This document shows, piece by piece, positions 20,396-30,998 of a DNA stretch of 64,000 bases. The notes under the pieces were generated by a model. It was not told where the DNA came from and ran no database searches. It saw only the letters and a list, made by a program, of their open reading frames with translations. The position numbers and the translations under genes were made by a program. Location of the stretch: contig JBJFGS010000018.1 in NCBI GenBank assembly GCA_051892935.1, positions 1-64,000 of the forward strand, in the 5' to 3' direction. This DNA comes from Candidatus Coprovivens sp. Lineage in GTDB: Bacteria; Bacillota_I; Bacilli_A; RF39; UBA660. Within the stretch, counting starts at the first letter, position 1. Every line of letters starts with the position of its first letter.

Positions 20396-23300
20396 ATGAA
20401 TCTAGAAAAACTATTTAAAGAACTAATAAATGAAAAAGATACTAATAAATTAACTAGTATTATAAAAGAAATTAACCAAATACTAGATACAACAGAATAT
20501 TCTTTTAATAACGAAAGCACAGAAGAACTATATAACTATATGCTTCTTTGTAATAAATTAGAAATAAAAGACACCTTAAATAGATTAATAAATAATATAG
20601 ATTTCATAAAAATATTAGATAACACTAAAATAGATGGATCTATCATACCATCTTTAACTCAAATATGCGATAAACCACGTGAATGTTTAATAAAGAATTC
20701 TAAAAAATTAAAAGAAAGCATTATAAGAGAAAATGGTTTACTAAGTGCAGCAGATATACTAGAGGATTTAACAGAAGAAGAAATAAAATTACTACGTGAA
20801 GATATCGAAATAGATAATTATTTAATAAGTCATGGTTTAAGTTTTTCAACATTAAAAGATGAAACAATAAAACGATTATTAGCAGAACCAAATATTTTTA
20901 AATTATATAACATTTATACAATAAACCAATTTGCTAATAAATATAAAGATAAAGAAGAATTAATAAATAATGAACCTTTTTTAAAAATATATTTTGAAAA
21001 ATTAACTGATAATTATAATTATGAAAACAAAATATTTAAATATTTAAATATTGATAAAATAGAAGATATTCTAGCCAAATCTCCATCACTTCACATCTTA
21101 ATTCATCTGTTAAAAGATACTAAAAAAGATATTCAAAAATTACTATTAAACAATAAAGAAATTATCGATTATCTAAAAAACTGTGTTGATATAGAAGTAT
21201 TAGTCAAAATTCCTAAGCATAAATTATTAAATATATTAAAAGAAAGAAAAAACCTTTTTCAAAGCCCAAGTTTAAAAATATTGGAACTTTTAAATGAAAA
21301 AGATTTACAGCAACTATTTAAAGATAATAAATACTTTTACGAGGAATTAATTGAAAATATAACCTCTCAAACAGAAGAAAATCTAAAACTTTTAATAAAT
21401 GCCTTACCGGATACATATTTAAGAGATTTATGTAATAATAAAATAATTAATTTAGATGTAAAAACAATCAACAAACTTCTAAAAACTGGAAATGAAGAAA
21501 TAAGAAAAGCAATCCTAAAAAATGTTGAATTAACAAATAGTATTGTTAATAAAACAACTAATAAAACCTTTGATTTATTTATGGAATTATTAGATATAGG
21601 GAAATATACAAACGAAGAAATTGTTAAACTATTAAATAATCTTACAACAATTAAAGAACCAACAATTCTAAATAAACTAATAAATATTGTTCCTGTATCT
21701 TTGAGAAAAGATATATATAATAATGATTTAATTAGAAAGGAAATTTATAAGGAAGAAAAAGAAAATTTAGATGATTATGCTTTAAATCACTTATTAAACG
21801 ATCAAACAGAATTAAAAAATCAATCAGCCGGAATAATAGCAACAGTCCTTATTGCCTCAGATAACAATTTTGTTAATCAAATAATCGATGATGATAAGGT
21901 TATAGAAAAGCTATTATCTGATAAAGAAGCTACTGATAGAATAATTAGTGTTATGAACATTCGTAAAAAAGTAATTTCTATTTTAAAGAATAAACACTCT
22001 TTAGATAAATACTCAAAAGAAAATATAAAACACATATTGAATCAATTATCTATATCAGATAAGATGAATCTTTGTAATAATGATATAGTTAGAAAACTAC
22101 TAGATAATAATGAAAATGCTTACACTTTATATAAGAAGCTATCAAACAATAATAAGTATCTAATTAATACTCTAAATTTTGATTTTTTACTTCTTCCAGA
22201 TATTTCTGAAATTAAATTAAATACCTTAGAAATAATAACAAAATATCCTAATATTCAAGAAGATATTATTACAATAAATAAACATTACAACATAGTACCT
22301 AATTTCTTAAATAACATTTTATACAATACAGATAAACTTAGTTTAAAAGATACACTTAGTAAATGTTTAAAAATATTAAGAGAAACAGCTGAAGGATTAA
22401 ATAGAAAAAAATACGGAAATATTATTAAAATGATTACAAATTATAGTGACTGCCTATCTAAAAAAGAAGGAAAAGAACTAATTAATTATTTATTGTATTT
22501 TATACCTCGATATCAAATTAATAATACATTAGTTGAAAGAACAAACATCATTGCAACACCAAATTCATTTTATGATATTCTATCATATGAAAAAAATTAT
22601 GAAGAAAAATTAACTGAATTAATAAAAAATAGTACAGAAGATACAACTAAAGAATATTTTATAATGAAGCATTTTAAATTAAATCTAGAAGAAGCTAAGA
22701 TAATGTTAAATATGTATAGCATCGATAGAATAGATAGTTCAATATACAAAAAAGAATACAATTTATTAAACGATTTAAAAAGAATAATGAACACTGATTC
22801 AGAATCATTAAAAGAAATGGATGGCCAATACTATACTATAAGTATGTTTGATTCTTTTGTTATCGAAAAACAAATAAAAGAAATGTATGCTAAAATATAT
22901 AATTATGAAATAAGAAGCAAAACATATTCTAATAAATCATTTATTAAGACAATATATGGTAAAGAATTAAAAATATATACATGTCCAAATGACTTCTTAT
23001 TCTTGATAAGTAATCTAAATATAAAAGAAGAATTCGAATATACTAATAGTTATTTTGAAGCATGGCATAATACATTAAATAAACCATCAATTGAATTAAA
23101 TACTAGTCTAATATCAAATGATAATCTTATTATAAACGATGATATATTATTTGGTTTTTATGGAGTGTTAGATTCCGGAATCGAAAAAATGTCTAATATA
23201 AATCTTTCTTCAAATAATAAGAATAACACAAATGAAAGATATATGACACCACGTGAATTAATAGATAATACAAGAAATAACAATAATACTATTATAATAG

Positions 23301-23824
23301 ACATATATGCAGTAAGACCTTATTATAACAATTCGAATATTCCGACTATAGAACCAGACTTTATCTTTGTAGACATTAATAGATTAAATGATAACAAATA
23401 CCTAGAAATGATTTCACGTGCCAGTGAAGAATTTAAAACCAAAAGAAATAAAGATGGATTACCAATAATAGCTTATGACATTAATAAAATTTCAGATAAT
23501 GAAGTAAATAAAATTGAAAAGCTATTAAATAAATATAAGAAAAATTATGATATGAATCTATTGCCTGGAATAATTAGTAAGATAGAAAATAACTATACAG
23601 CCTATAAACTAAATAATCCAAAGATAGCTGAAAAATTCAAAATATCTACTCTTATAAATATTGTCTATGAAAGAATTTCTAAAACAAACTCTCTAGCTGA
23701 ACTTGATTTTATTGAAGAATTATTTACAAGAGAGAATAATAAACTAAAAGAACAAACTAGTAACATTAATTTAAAAGAGCTAAAAGAACATATTAAAGAA
23801 AGAAAAAATATTATAAGTAATTAG
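20396..23824 (+). CDS. Large hypothetical protein: helical-repeat N-region plus distinct C-terminal alpha/beta domain
   Basis: About 1140-aa ORF; AAGGAG SD; no TM. Confidence 0.7.
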   Translation: MNLEKLFKELINEKDTNKLTSIIKEINQILDTTEYSFNNESTEELYNYMLLCNKLEIKDTLNRLINNIDFIKILDNTKIDGSIIPSLTQICDKPRECLIKNSKKLKESIIRENGLLSAADILEDLTEEEIKLLREDIEIDNYLISHGLSFSTLKDETIKRLLAEPNIFKLYNIYTINQFANKYKDKEELINNEPFLKIYFEKLTDNYNYENKIFKYLNIDKIEDILAKSPSLHILIHLLKDTKKDIQKLLLNNKEIIDYLKNCVDIEVLVKIPKHKLLNILKERKNLFQSPSLKILELLNEKDLQQLFKDNKYFYEELIENITSQTEENLKLLINALPDTYLRDLCNNKIINLDVKTINKLLKTGNEEIRKAILKNVELTNSIVNKTTNKTFDLFMELLDIGKYTNEEIVKLLNNLTTIKEPTILNKLINIVPVSLRKDIYNNDLIRKEIYKEEKENLDDYALNHLLNDQTELKNQSAGIIATVLIASDNNFVNQIIDDDKVIEKLLSDKEATDRIISVMNIRKKVISILKNKHSLDKYSKENIKHILNQLSISDKMNLCNNDIVRKLLDNNENAYTLYKKLSNNNKYLINTLNFDFLLLPDISEIKLNTLEIITKYPNIQEDIITINKHYNIVPNFLNNILYNTDKLSLKDTLSKCLKILRETAEGLNRKKYGNIIKMITNYSDCLSKKEGKELINYLLYFIPRYQINNTLVERTNIIATPNSFYDILSYEKNYEEKLTELIKNSTEDTTKEYFIMKHFKLNLEEAKIMLNMYSIDRIDSSIYKKEYNLLNDLKRIMNTDSESLKEMDGQYYTISMFDSFVIEKQIKEMYAKIYNYEIRSKTYSNKSFIKTIYGKELKIYTCPNDFLFLISNLNIKEEFEYTNSYFEAWHNTLNKPSIELNTSLISNDNLIINDDILFGFYGVLDSGIEKMSNINLSSNNKNNTNERYMTPRELIDNTRNNNNTIIIDIYAVRPYYNNSNIPTIEPDFIFVDINRLNDNKYLEMISRASEEFKTKRNKDGLPIIAYDINKISDNEVNKIEKLLNKYKKNYDMNLLPGIISKIENNYTAYKLNNPKIAEKFKISTLINIVYERISKTNSLAELDFIEELFTRENNKLKEQTSNINLKELKEHIKERKNIISN

Positions 23825-23882
23825 CAAAATTTGCTAATCCTCAACCCAAAATGATATAATCTAAATAGGTTGGGGATTTTTT

Positions 23883-24521
23883 ATGGAAAAAGAAAAAATA
23901 TCATTTTATGATATATTCTATATATTTTTATTTGGTTGTTTCTTTGGATGGATTGTCGAAGGAATATGGACACTACTAAAAAAAGGAGTATTAATTAATC
24001 ATTCAGCATTAATTATAGGACCTTTCAATATTATTTATGGTATAGGAGCAGTTGTTCTAACCTTATGTTTATACAAAGTAAAAGAAAAGAATATAATATC
24101 AATATTTGGTATTTCTTTTACAGTAGGAACAGCTTTAGAGTACATCATGAGCTTTCTTATGGAAAAAATAGTAGGTTTTGTTGCTTGGAATTATAAAAGT
24201 AAACTATTTAACATAAATGGTCGAGTATGCTTACTATATTCTATATTTTGGGGAATACTAGGAATTATTTGGATAAAAATAATGTACCCATTCATCAAAA
24301 AAATAATAAATAAATTTAGTAAAATAGAAGCAATAAAAATAATGAAAATAACAATAGTATTTCTAATTTGCGATATCTTATTAACACTAGGTGCAATAGA
24401 TAGAGCAAAAGAAACAGAACAAAATATTCCTCCTGGTAATAAACTAGAAGAAATATACGATAAATACTTTGGTGTTGAATACTTAAACAATATGTTTAAT
24501 AATCGCTGGAATCAAAAATAA
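23883..24521 (+). CDS. Putative ABC transporter permease (CmpB/TMEM229, DUF1113)
   Basis: FFGWIVE, GPFNIIYGIG, LEY, WNY..FNINGRVCL..SIFWG. Confidence 0.88.
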   Translation: MEKEKISFYDIFYIFLFGCFFGWIVEGIWTLLKKGVLINHSALIIGPFNIIYGIGAVVLTLCLYKVKEKNIISIFGISFTVGTALEYIMSFLMEKIVGFVAWNYKSKLFNINGRVCLLYSIFWGILGIIWIKIMYPFIKKIINKFSKIEAIKIMKITIVFLICDILLTLGAIDRAKETEQNIPPGNKLEEIYDKYFGVEYLNNMFNNRWNQK

Positions 24522-24633
24522 ATTCCAGCTTTTTTTCTTTAAATTACAAAAAAAATGTTGTATTATATAAATAGAATATACAAAAATAGACTAAATAGTA
24601 TATATTTTTGTATAAAAATAGAAGGAGGAAAAT

Positions 24634-26358
24634 ATGGAAGAAGTAAAGCCCAAAAAGAAAATAGGAATAGGTATTGGTATTAGTGTTGCTGTTTTAATAG
24701 TACTTATTGTAGTTCTCGGAATCTTTTTATTAAAAGGGAATAACGATGATATAAAACAAAGCAATCTAAATGAAACAGAACAAAAACAGCTTGAAAAATT
24801 TAATTCAGCAATGAAAGAAGATTACAAGAAAGCTTCAACAATGGAACTATCAGATGCTCAAGACTATCTAATAGATAGTGTTTATGAAAATCTTGAGTTA
24901 TATGGTGGAAATGATAGTGTTGAATACATGGCTAATTCATTGTTAAATGAAATACTAAATAGTGTAGAAACTACAGCAAATGAATTAGTTAGTGAAGTTG
25001 AAAATCTAGGAACGAGTCTTACAGACCAACTAATGGATGGTTTATTGGGACAAATTCCTGAAAATGTTACTGTAAAAAACATAACAATAAAATCAAATAC
25101 AGTATGTAACGACGGAGATATTGATGCTAAATATTGTGTTAACAAATTAAGTGCTGGAGTATATATTGTTGATGAAAACTCTGACAAATGGGCAGTAGTA
25201 GTTCATCCTGTTAATACAAGTGGATCATTAATGTATAGAATTATTGGTACAATGTATACTGAACAAGGATATAACGTAATAGCTCCAGATTTAAGGGGTG
25301 CTGGATCAAGTGATGGTAGTGTTGCAATGGGATATCTAGAAAGTTTAGATATCTATGATTGGATTAAAGATTTAAATTCAAACTATCAATCAACAGATCG
25401 CTATGGAGTAAAAGTTGCTCCAAAAACAATTATAGTTCATGGTATATCACTAGGAGCAGCTACAACACTACAACTTGCAACGAATCCAGATATAGCTGCC
25501 GCAAAAGGCGAACCATACACCAAAAATTTAACTCAATTAAATGTTAAAGCATTCGTTGATGATTGTGGATATGCATCAATGAGTGACATAATTACAGGAA
25601 TGCTATCTCTTGGTGATTTAAATCAATTAACTTCATTACTTTCTTCAATGGGAATTGATAAGGAAGAATTTATGAGTAAATTTAACGAAATCGCTGGATT
25701 ATTAAATATTCAAGGATTCGAAGGATTTGATTTATCTTCTTTAGAAGGACTAGATGAAAGTAAAATAAACGAATATTTCAAACAATTTAGTGACTCAATA
25801 TCACAATTAGAAGATCAATTCAAAAAATATGAAGATAGCAATGGAACAATAACAATACCTGGATATGATGAAAACACAATGAAAGATTTAATGGACCAAT
25901 TTAGTTCAAAAATACCTAGTGGATATCCAATCCCTGATATATCAGATGTTGGCGATTTAATTCCTAAAAATACTGCTAATACTAATACAACAAATACACC
26001 TGATACAAGTGAAATCCTAAATGGTATCATAGGTAAAGTATTAATGGCATTAGCCGGTGTAGGCCTAAATGATGATAACTACAATTATTATTCTAACTCA
26101 TTTGCAGAAGGAAGACACTTCCCAGAGGGAGCGAAAGTAATGATTATTCATGGTACAGCTGATACAATTGTCCCTCATGACAATGCAGAGGAAGTAGCAT
26201 CTAACATAAGCCCTGCAATATTGGTTCATAAGTGGGATGTTGAAAGAGCACCACATGCCTTCATTGTAGTAGGTCAAAAGAAAGATGAATACAAAGCACT
26301 AGTTACAAATTTTACAAAATGTGTAAGTGATAATACTTGTACATCAATAACTAAATAA
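24634..26358 (+). CDS. Membrane-anchored alpha/beta hydrolase with large helical insertion
   Basis: PDLRGAGSSDG; HGISLGA nucleophile elbow; IIHGTADTIVP; APHAF. Confidence 0.85.
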   Translation: MEEVKPKKKIGIGIGISVAVLIVLIVVLGIFLLKGNNDDIKQSNLNETEQKQLEKFNSAMKEDYKKASTMELSDAQDYLIDSVYENLELYGGNDSVEYMANSLLNEILNSVETTANELVSEVENLGTSLTDQLMDGLLGQIPENVTVKNITIKSNTVCNDGDIDAKYCVNKLSAGVYIVDENSDKWAVVVHPVNTSGSLMYRIIGTMYTEQGYNVIAPDLRGAGSSDGSVAMGYLESLDIYDWIKDLNSNYQSTDRYGVKVAPKTIIVHGISLGAATTLQLATNPDIAAAKGEPYTKNLTQLNVKAFVDDCGYASMSDIITGMLSLGDLNQLTSLLSSMGIDKEEFMSKFNEIAGLLNIQGFEGFDLSSLEGLDESKINEYFKQFSDSISQLEDQFKKYEDSNGTITIPGYDENTMKDLMDQFSSKIPSGYPIPDISDVGDLIPKNTANTNTTNTPDTSEILNGIIGKVLMALAGVGLNDDNYNYYSNSFAEGRHFPEGAKVMIIHGTADTIVPHDNAEEVASNISPAILVHKWDVERAPHAFIVVGQKKDEYKALVTNFTKCVSDNTCTSITK

Positions 26359-26449
26359 AAAACAAAAAGTAAAACAAATATACTTTTTGTTTTTTTTATT
26401 GAAAAGAATGGTATAATATAGATAATAGATATAATAGATAATAGGTATA

Positions 26450-28756
26450 ATGGACGTGATAAGAATGAATAATAAAAAGACAAAATATACAGTATCAATA
26501 ATTGAAAACGGAACAATAACTAGTTATTCTTTATCATCTTTTTCTAAAAATGAAATATCTTTTGGACGTGATTCCAAAAATGATATAGTATTAAATTCAC
26601 CAGTCGTTTCAGCATTTCATGGGCACTTCACAATAGAAAACAATACAGTAACTATCCATGATGACAATAGCTTAAATGGTTTTTTTATTAATAGCTTTAT
26701 CAAAAAAGAAAGCTTTTTATTACACGATGGAGATATAGTAAAAATAGATAACCCAGAATATCCTTTATACGAAGGAATTCTAATGTATATAGATACCAAT
26801 GAAAATAAAAACAAATGGGTAGAATATGATTTGTCCAATAAAAACAAAATATATATTGGAAGAAGCAAAGAATGTGATATTAAATTAGATAAAATAAATA
26901 TTTCTTCTAAACATGCCAAATTAATAAAAAATGGTAACAATTATAGCATAGATTACGAAGGCAATAACATTGGAATACTTTTAAATAATGCTATTCTGTC
27001 TTACGAAACGCCATTAAGAGACAAAGATGTCTTTGAAATAAATGGTATAAAATTTATATATAGTCAAAACAAAATATTTTATCAATTAAGTTACAATGGT
27101 GTTCGCATAGATGCCTTCGACATAGTAAAAACTGTTCGTTTAAAATTCAAGAAAAAAGACATATCGCAACACATTGATTTTTCAGCCGAACCAGGACAAT
27201 TTGTCGCTTTTGTTGGAGGCAGTGGTGCTGGAAAATCAACATTTATGAAGTGTATAAGTGGTGTAACCAAACCAACTAGTGGAAAAGTACTGATAAATGG
27301 TAATGACTTATATACTAATTATGATGTACTAAAAAATCTAATAGGGTATGTTCCTCAAGAAAACATTATATTTGATGATTTAACACTAATAAAAATGTTA
27401 AGATATGCAGCAAATCTTCGTATGCCAGATGACTCAAGTAGAGCAGAAAAAGAAAAACGAATAGAAGATGTTTTAACAATGGTAGAAATGCTTGATAAGA
27501 AAGACGTTATGATAAAAAACTTATCAGGAGGTCAACAAAAAAGAGCTTGTATTGCAGTAGAACTTATCGCTGACCCTAATTTATTTTTCTTAGATGAACC
27601 AACTAGCGGTCTAGATCCAGGTACAGAGAGAAATTTAATGAAAACCTTAAGAAAAATGGCTGATAGTGGAAAAACCATTATTCTTGTAACTCACAATACA
27701 TTGAATTTACATCTTTGTGATAAAGTAGTTTTCTTTGGATATGGTGGCAAAATATGCTTTGATGGAGCTCCATCAGATGCTCTTAACTTTTTTGAAGTTG
27801 ATGACTTCGTTGATATCTATAACATTATTACTAATGAACCTGATAAATGGCACAAGAAATTTAATGAATCTAAATATGCTACTCATAATACTATTCCACA
27901 AAGTCAATCCAATAATTACAAAGGTAAAAAAAGTAAAAAGTTCCTCAAACAATTTTTCACCTTATTAACAAGAAAGATTAACATGTTAGTTAATAATAAA
28001 CAACAAATGCTTCTATTATTTGGCCAAGCTCCATTAATAGCATTCCTATTATCATTTGTTGTAACAGATAACTTATTTTATTCCTATGAAGATACCAAAG
28101 CTATTCTATTTACTTTTTCAACAGCAGCAATATGGATAGGTCTATTAAATTCTATTCAGGAAATATGTAAAGAAAGAGTAATATTAGAAAAAGAATACAT
28201 GGCCAATTTAAGAATATCATCATATATTGCTTCTAAAGTTGTATACCTCTTATTAATAGCTTTCATTCAATCTATTTTACTTTTAGTAACATTTACACTA
28301 GTTGTAGAAGTACCACAAACTGGGCTATTATATAATTGGTTTATAGATTCATTAATAACAATATTCCTAACAATTACATCGGCTTCCACCATTGGTCTTT
28401 TAGTTTCAGCATTTTCAAAGGATTCAGCAGTTGCTTTAACTATGCCAGCAATCTTACTAGTGCCTCAATTACTTTTTTCTGGAATGCTTTTTCCGTTAGA
28501 TGGTATTGTTGATAAAGTATCAAATTTCATTTTATCTCGTTGGTCTGTAGAGGCTCTAGGAACAATTAACGATCTAAATAGTTTAGTTGGACTTGTTCAA
28601 GAAGCCATCCCTGGATATGTAAGAACAGCTGAATCATATTATGAATTTACTTTAGAACACTTATATTCAGATTTAGGAATTATTACTATTATGTCCTTAA
28701 TATTTATAATAGCAAGCTACATAATATTAAGAATTCAAATGGAAAAGGGGAAATAG
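26450..28756 (+). CDS. FHA-FHA-ABC ATPase-ABC2 permease fusion (Rv1747-like)
   Basis: Two FHA domains (FGR..S..H..NG; IGR..S..H); GGSGAGKST; LSGGQ; LDEPTSGLD; 6 TMs. Confidence 0.92.
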   Translation: MDVIRMNNKKTKYTVSIIENGTITSYSLSSFSKNEISFGRDSKNDIVLNSPVVSAFHGHFTIENNTVTIHDDNSLNGFFINSFIKKESFLLHDGDIVKIDNPEYPLYEGILMYIDTNENKNKWVEYDLSNKNKIYIGRSKECDIKLDKINISSKHAKLIKNGNNYSIDYEGNNIGILLNNAILSYETPLRDKDVFEINGIKFIYSQNKIFYQLSYNGVRIDAFDIVKTVRLKFKKKDISQHIDFSAEPGQFVAFVGGSGAGKSTFMKCISGVTKPTSGKVLINGNDLYTNYDVLKNLIGYVPQENIIFDDLTLIKMLRYAANLRMPDDSSRAEKEKRIEDVLTMVEMLDKKDVMIKNLSGGQQKRACIAVELIADPNLFFLDEPTSGLDPGTERNLMKTLRKMADSGKTIILVTHNTLNLHLCDKVVFFGYGGKICFDGAPSDALNFFEVDDFVDIYNIITNEPDKWHKKFNESKYATHNTIPQSQSNNYKGKKSKKFLKQFFTLLTRKINMLVNNKQQMLLLFGQAPLIAFLLSFVVTDNLFYSYEDTKAILFTFSTAAIWIGLLNSIQEICKERVILEKEYMANLRISSYIASKVVYLLLIAFIQSILLLVTFTLVVEVPQTGLLYNWFIDSLITIFLTITSASTIGLLVSAFSKDSAVALTMPAILLVPQLLFSGMLFPLDGIVDKVSNFILSRWSVEALGTINDLNSLVGLVQEAIPGYVRTAESYYEFTLEHLYSDLGIITIMSLIFIIASYIILRIQMEKGK

Positions 28757-28759
28757 AAC

Positions 28760-30910
28760 ATGGAAGTATTATCATTATTTAATTTTAAACCCCTTAAAAC
28801 AATCTATGAAAATAGTATTTTCAAAATATACAAAGTTGAAAAAGAGGACGGAACAATCGCTGTAGTAAAAAAATTAACACTTCCAATAAGCGATGATGAT
28901 GCCGTAAAACTAATGGAAAGTGGCAAAATTCTTTTTTTACAAGATGCAACAAACTATTATTTACAACAAATGAATAAAGAAATAGAAACATTAAAAAAAC
29001 TTAATAACGAAAAAAATATTTTGCATTACCAAGATAAATATGAAGAAACAATAGATGGCAAAACAAGTTATTACATAATAATGGAATATGCTGAAGATTG
29101 TTCATCCTACTTTCAAAGAGAAGGTGTAAGCGAAAGTGATGTTATAAAACTTGGTATTGATATTTGCAGAGCTTTAGAAGCATGTCAAAAAAATAATATA
29201 TACCATAATGACATTAAACCAGCTAACATCTTCTATAATGGGGAAGAATATAAACTAGGAGATTTTGGAAATAGCACACAAGGTTCCGATAATAACATTA
29301 TCAATTTTGGTAGTATGAACTACATATCTCCAGAAATATATGAAAGAAAACCAACTACTTCAACAAGTGATATTTACTCATTAGGAATAGTAATGTATCA
29401 ACTCTTAACTAATCACTTACCATTTACAACTACAGAAGAATCAGAAGAAAAAGCTTTAGAAAAAAGAATGAGTGGTAAAGAAATACCACCAATTGATACA
29501 TCAAATAAAGAACTTGCTAATATAGTGTTAAAAGCTTGTTCTTATGATATTAATAATCGTTACCAATCAGTATCAGAATTAAAAAAAGATTTAGAACAAA
29601 TTGTTAATCCAAGTACCGAAAAGAAAGAAATAACTTTTAGCAAAACCAAAATGAATGACACAATAAGCGTTTTTGATAAAAGTCTAATCGAAAAACAAGA
29701 TAAAAAAATGCAGGAAATCTATACCCAACAAAGAAAAAACAAAAAAATGTCTTCCATCAAAAAAGTGCTAAAAAAAGGATTATTAATAGCTTTATTACTT
29801 ATCTTAATAGGAGTTAGTTCATTTATTTATGCTTTTAATAGAGAATGTGAACCAGGATATATTAATAAAAATGGTATTTGCACTAAAGGATATTATTATT
29901 GTGATACAGGATATTCATTAAATGAAAAAAATCAATGTCAAAAAACTATAAAATCAATCGATGCAAAAGTAACATATAGCTGTCCGAATGGATACACTTA
30001 TACAAACGATACTTGTGTAAGCAATGAGATTCAAGAACCAACCTTCACATATCAATGTATTGATGGATTTACACTAAATGGCAAAAAATGTGAAAAAACA
30101 GAAAGCAACGATGCTGTAGAAACATATACATGTCCTAAAGGATATGCCAATATGAATGGTATATGTGTAAAAGGTGATGAAAAAGATGCAACAGCAAAAT
30201 ACAGTTGTCCAAGTGGTTATACTAAAGGTCCATTTAAAGAAGATGGAACATATAAATGTTCTAAATATGTAACATCCTCATCATCAATAGATGCCACTCC
30301 TAAATATAGTTGTAGTAGTGGTACCCTTAATAGCAATAATAAATGTGTAGTTGTAACAAACAATGTATCTAAATCATCGTGTAATGGAGTAACAAGCAAT
30401 GAAAAATGTACAACAACAGGAGGAACATGGTGCGAATATTATCCATATACTGCAGGTTGTACAAAAACATGTACTTATACTTGTACAGTAACATCCGAAC
30501 CAAATGTAACATATAGTTGCCCAAATGGTGGAACATTAAACGGAACAAAATGCAACTTTTCCGGAGGAAACACAATTAAAGTAAATGCAGATGTAACATA
30601 TAGTTGTCCAAGTGGATACGAACGAATTGGTTCGAAATGCATATACGGAAAACAAATAAACGGAACAAAAGTTTATACTTGTTTAGATAGCCAAACACTA
30701 GTTGGTAACAAATGTTACACCACAATAACAACAGATGCTGTTGGAATGTACACATGTCCAGAAGGCTTTATTGCCAGCGGAGTTACATGTATTCAAAACG
30801 ACTTCCCTCAACCAGTAAAAAAATATACATGTTCAAGAATATATACCTTAAATGGTGATAAATGTGAAGAATATGAAACAAAGCCAGCAAAAGCCGAATA
30901 TACAAAGTAA
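28760..30910 (+). CDS. Transmembrane Hanks-type Ser/Thr kinase with Cys-rich repeat ectodomain
   Basis: HNDIKPANI, DFG, YISPE, SDIYSLG; TM; twelve Y-x-C-x-x-G-(Y/F)-x5-C-like repeats. Confidence 0.9.
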   Translation: MEVLSLFNFKPLKTIYENSIFKIYKVEKEDGTIAVVKKLTLPISDDDAVKLMESGKILFLQDATNYYLQQMNKEIETLKKLNNEKNILHYQDKYEETIDGKTSYYIIMEYAEDCSSYFQREGVSESDVIKLGIDICRALEACQKNNIYHNDIKPANIFYNGEEYKLGDFGNSTQGSDNNIINFGSMNYISPEIYERKPTTSTSDIYSLGIVMYQLLTNHLPFTTTEESEEKALEKRMSGKEIPPIDTSNKELANIVLKACSYDINNRYQSVSELKKDLEQIVNPSTEKKEITFSKTKMNDTISVFDKSLIEKQDKKMQEIYTQQRKNKKMSSIKKVLKKGLLIALLLILIGVSSFIYAFNRECEPGYINKNGICTKGYYYCDTGYSLNEKNQCQKTIKSIDAKVTYSCPNGYTYTNDTCVSNEIQEPTFTYQCIDGFTLNGKKCEKTESNDAVETYTCPKGYANMNGICVKGDEKDATAKYSCPSGYTKGPFKEDGTYKCSKYVTSSSSIDATPKYSCSSGTLNSNNKCVVVTNNVSKSSCNGVTSNEKCTTTGGTWCEYYPYTAGCTKTCTYTCTVTSEPNVTYSCPNGGTLNGTKCNFSGGNTIKVNADVTYSCPSGYERIGSKCIYGKQINGTKVYTCLDSQTLVGNKCYTTITTDAVGMYTCPEGFIASGVTCIQNDFPQPVKKYTCSRIYTLNGDKCEEYETKPAKAEYTK

Positions 30911-30940
30911 AACACATAGAAACAAAACTATGTGTTTTTT
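30909..30940 (+). terminator. Intrinsic terminator closing the FHA-ABC/kinase operon
   Basis: AAACACATAG/CTATGTGTTT stem plus T tract. Confidence 0.75.
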
Positions 30941-30941
30941 A

Positions 30942-30970
30942 TTGACTAAACCAAACTCATAATATAAAAT
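30942..30970 (+). promoter_or_regulatory. sigmaA promoter
   Basis: TTGACT-17-TAAAAT. Confidence 0.6.
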
Positions 30971-30998
30971 TATATAGATGAAAAAGGGAGTTGATATA

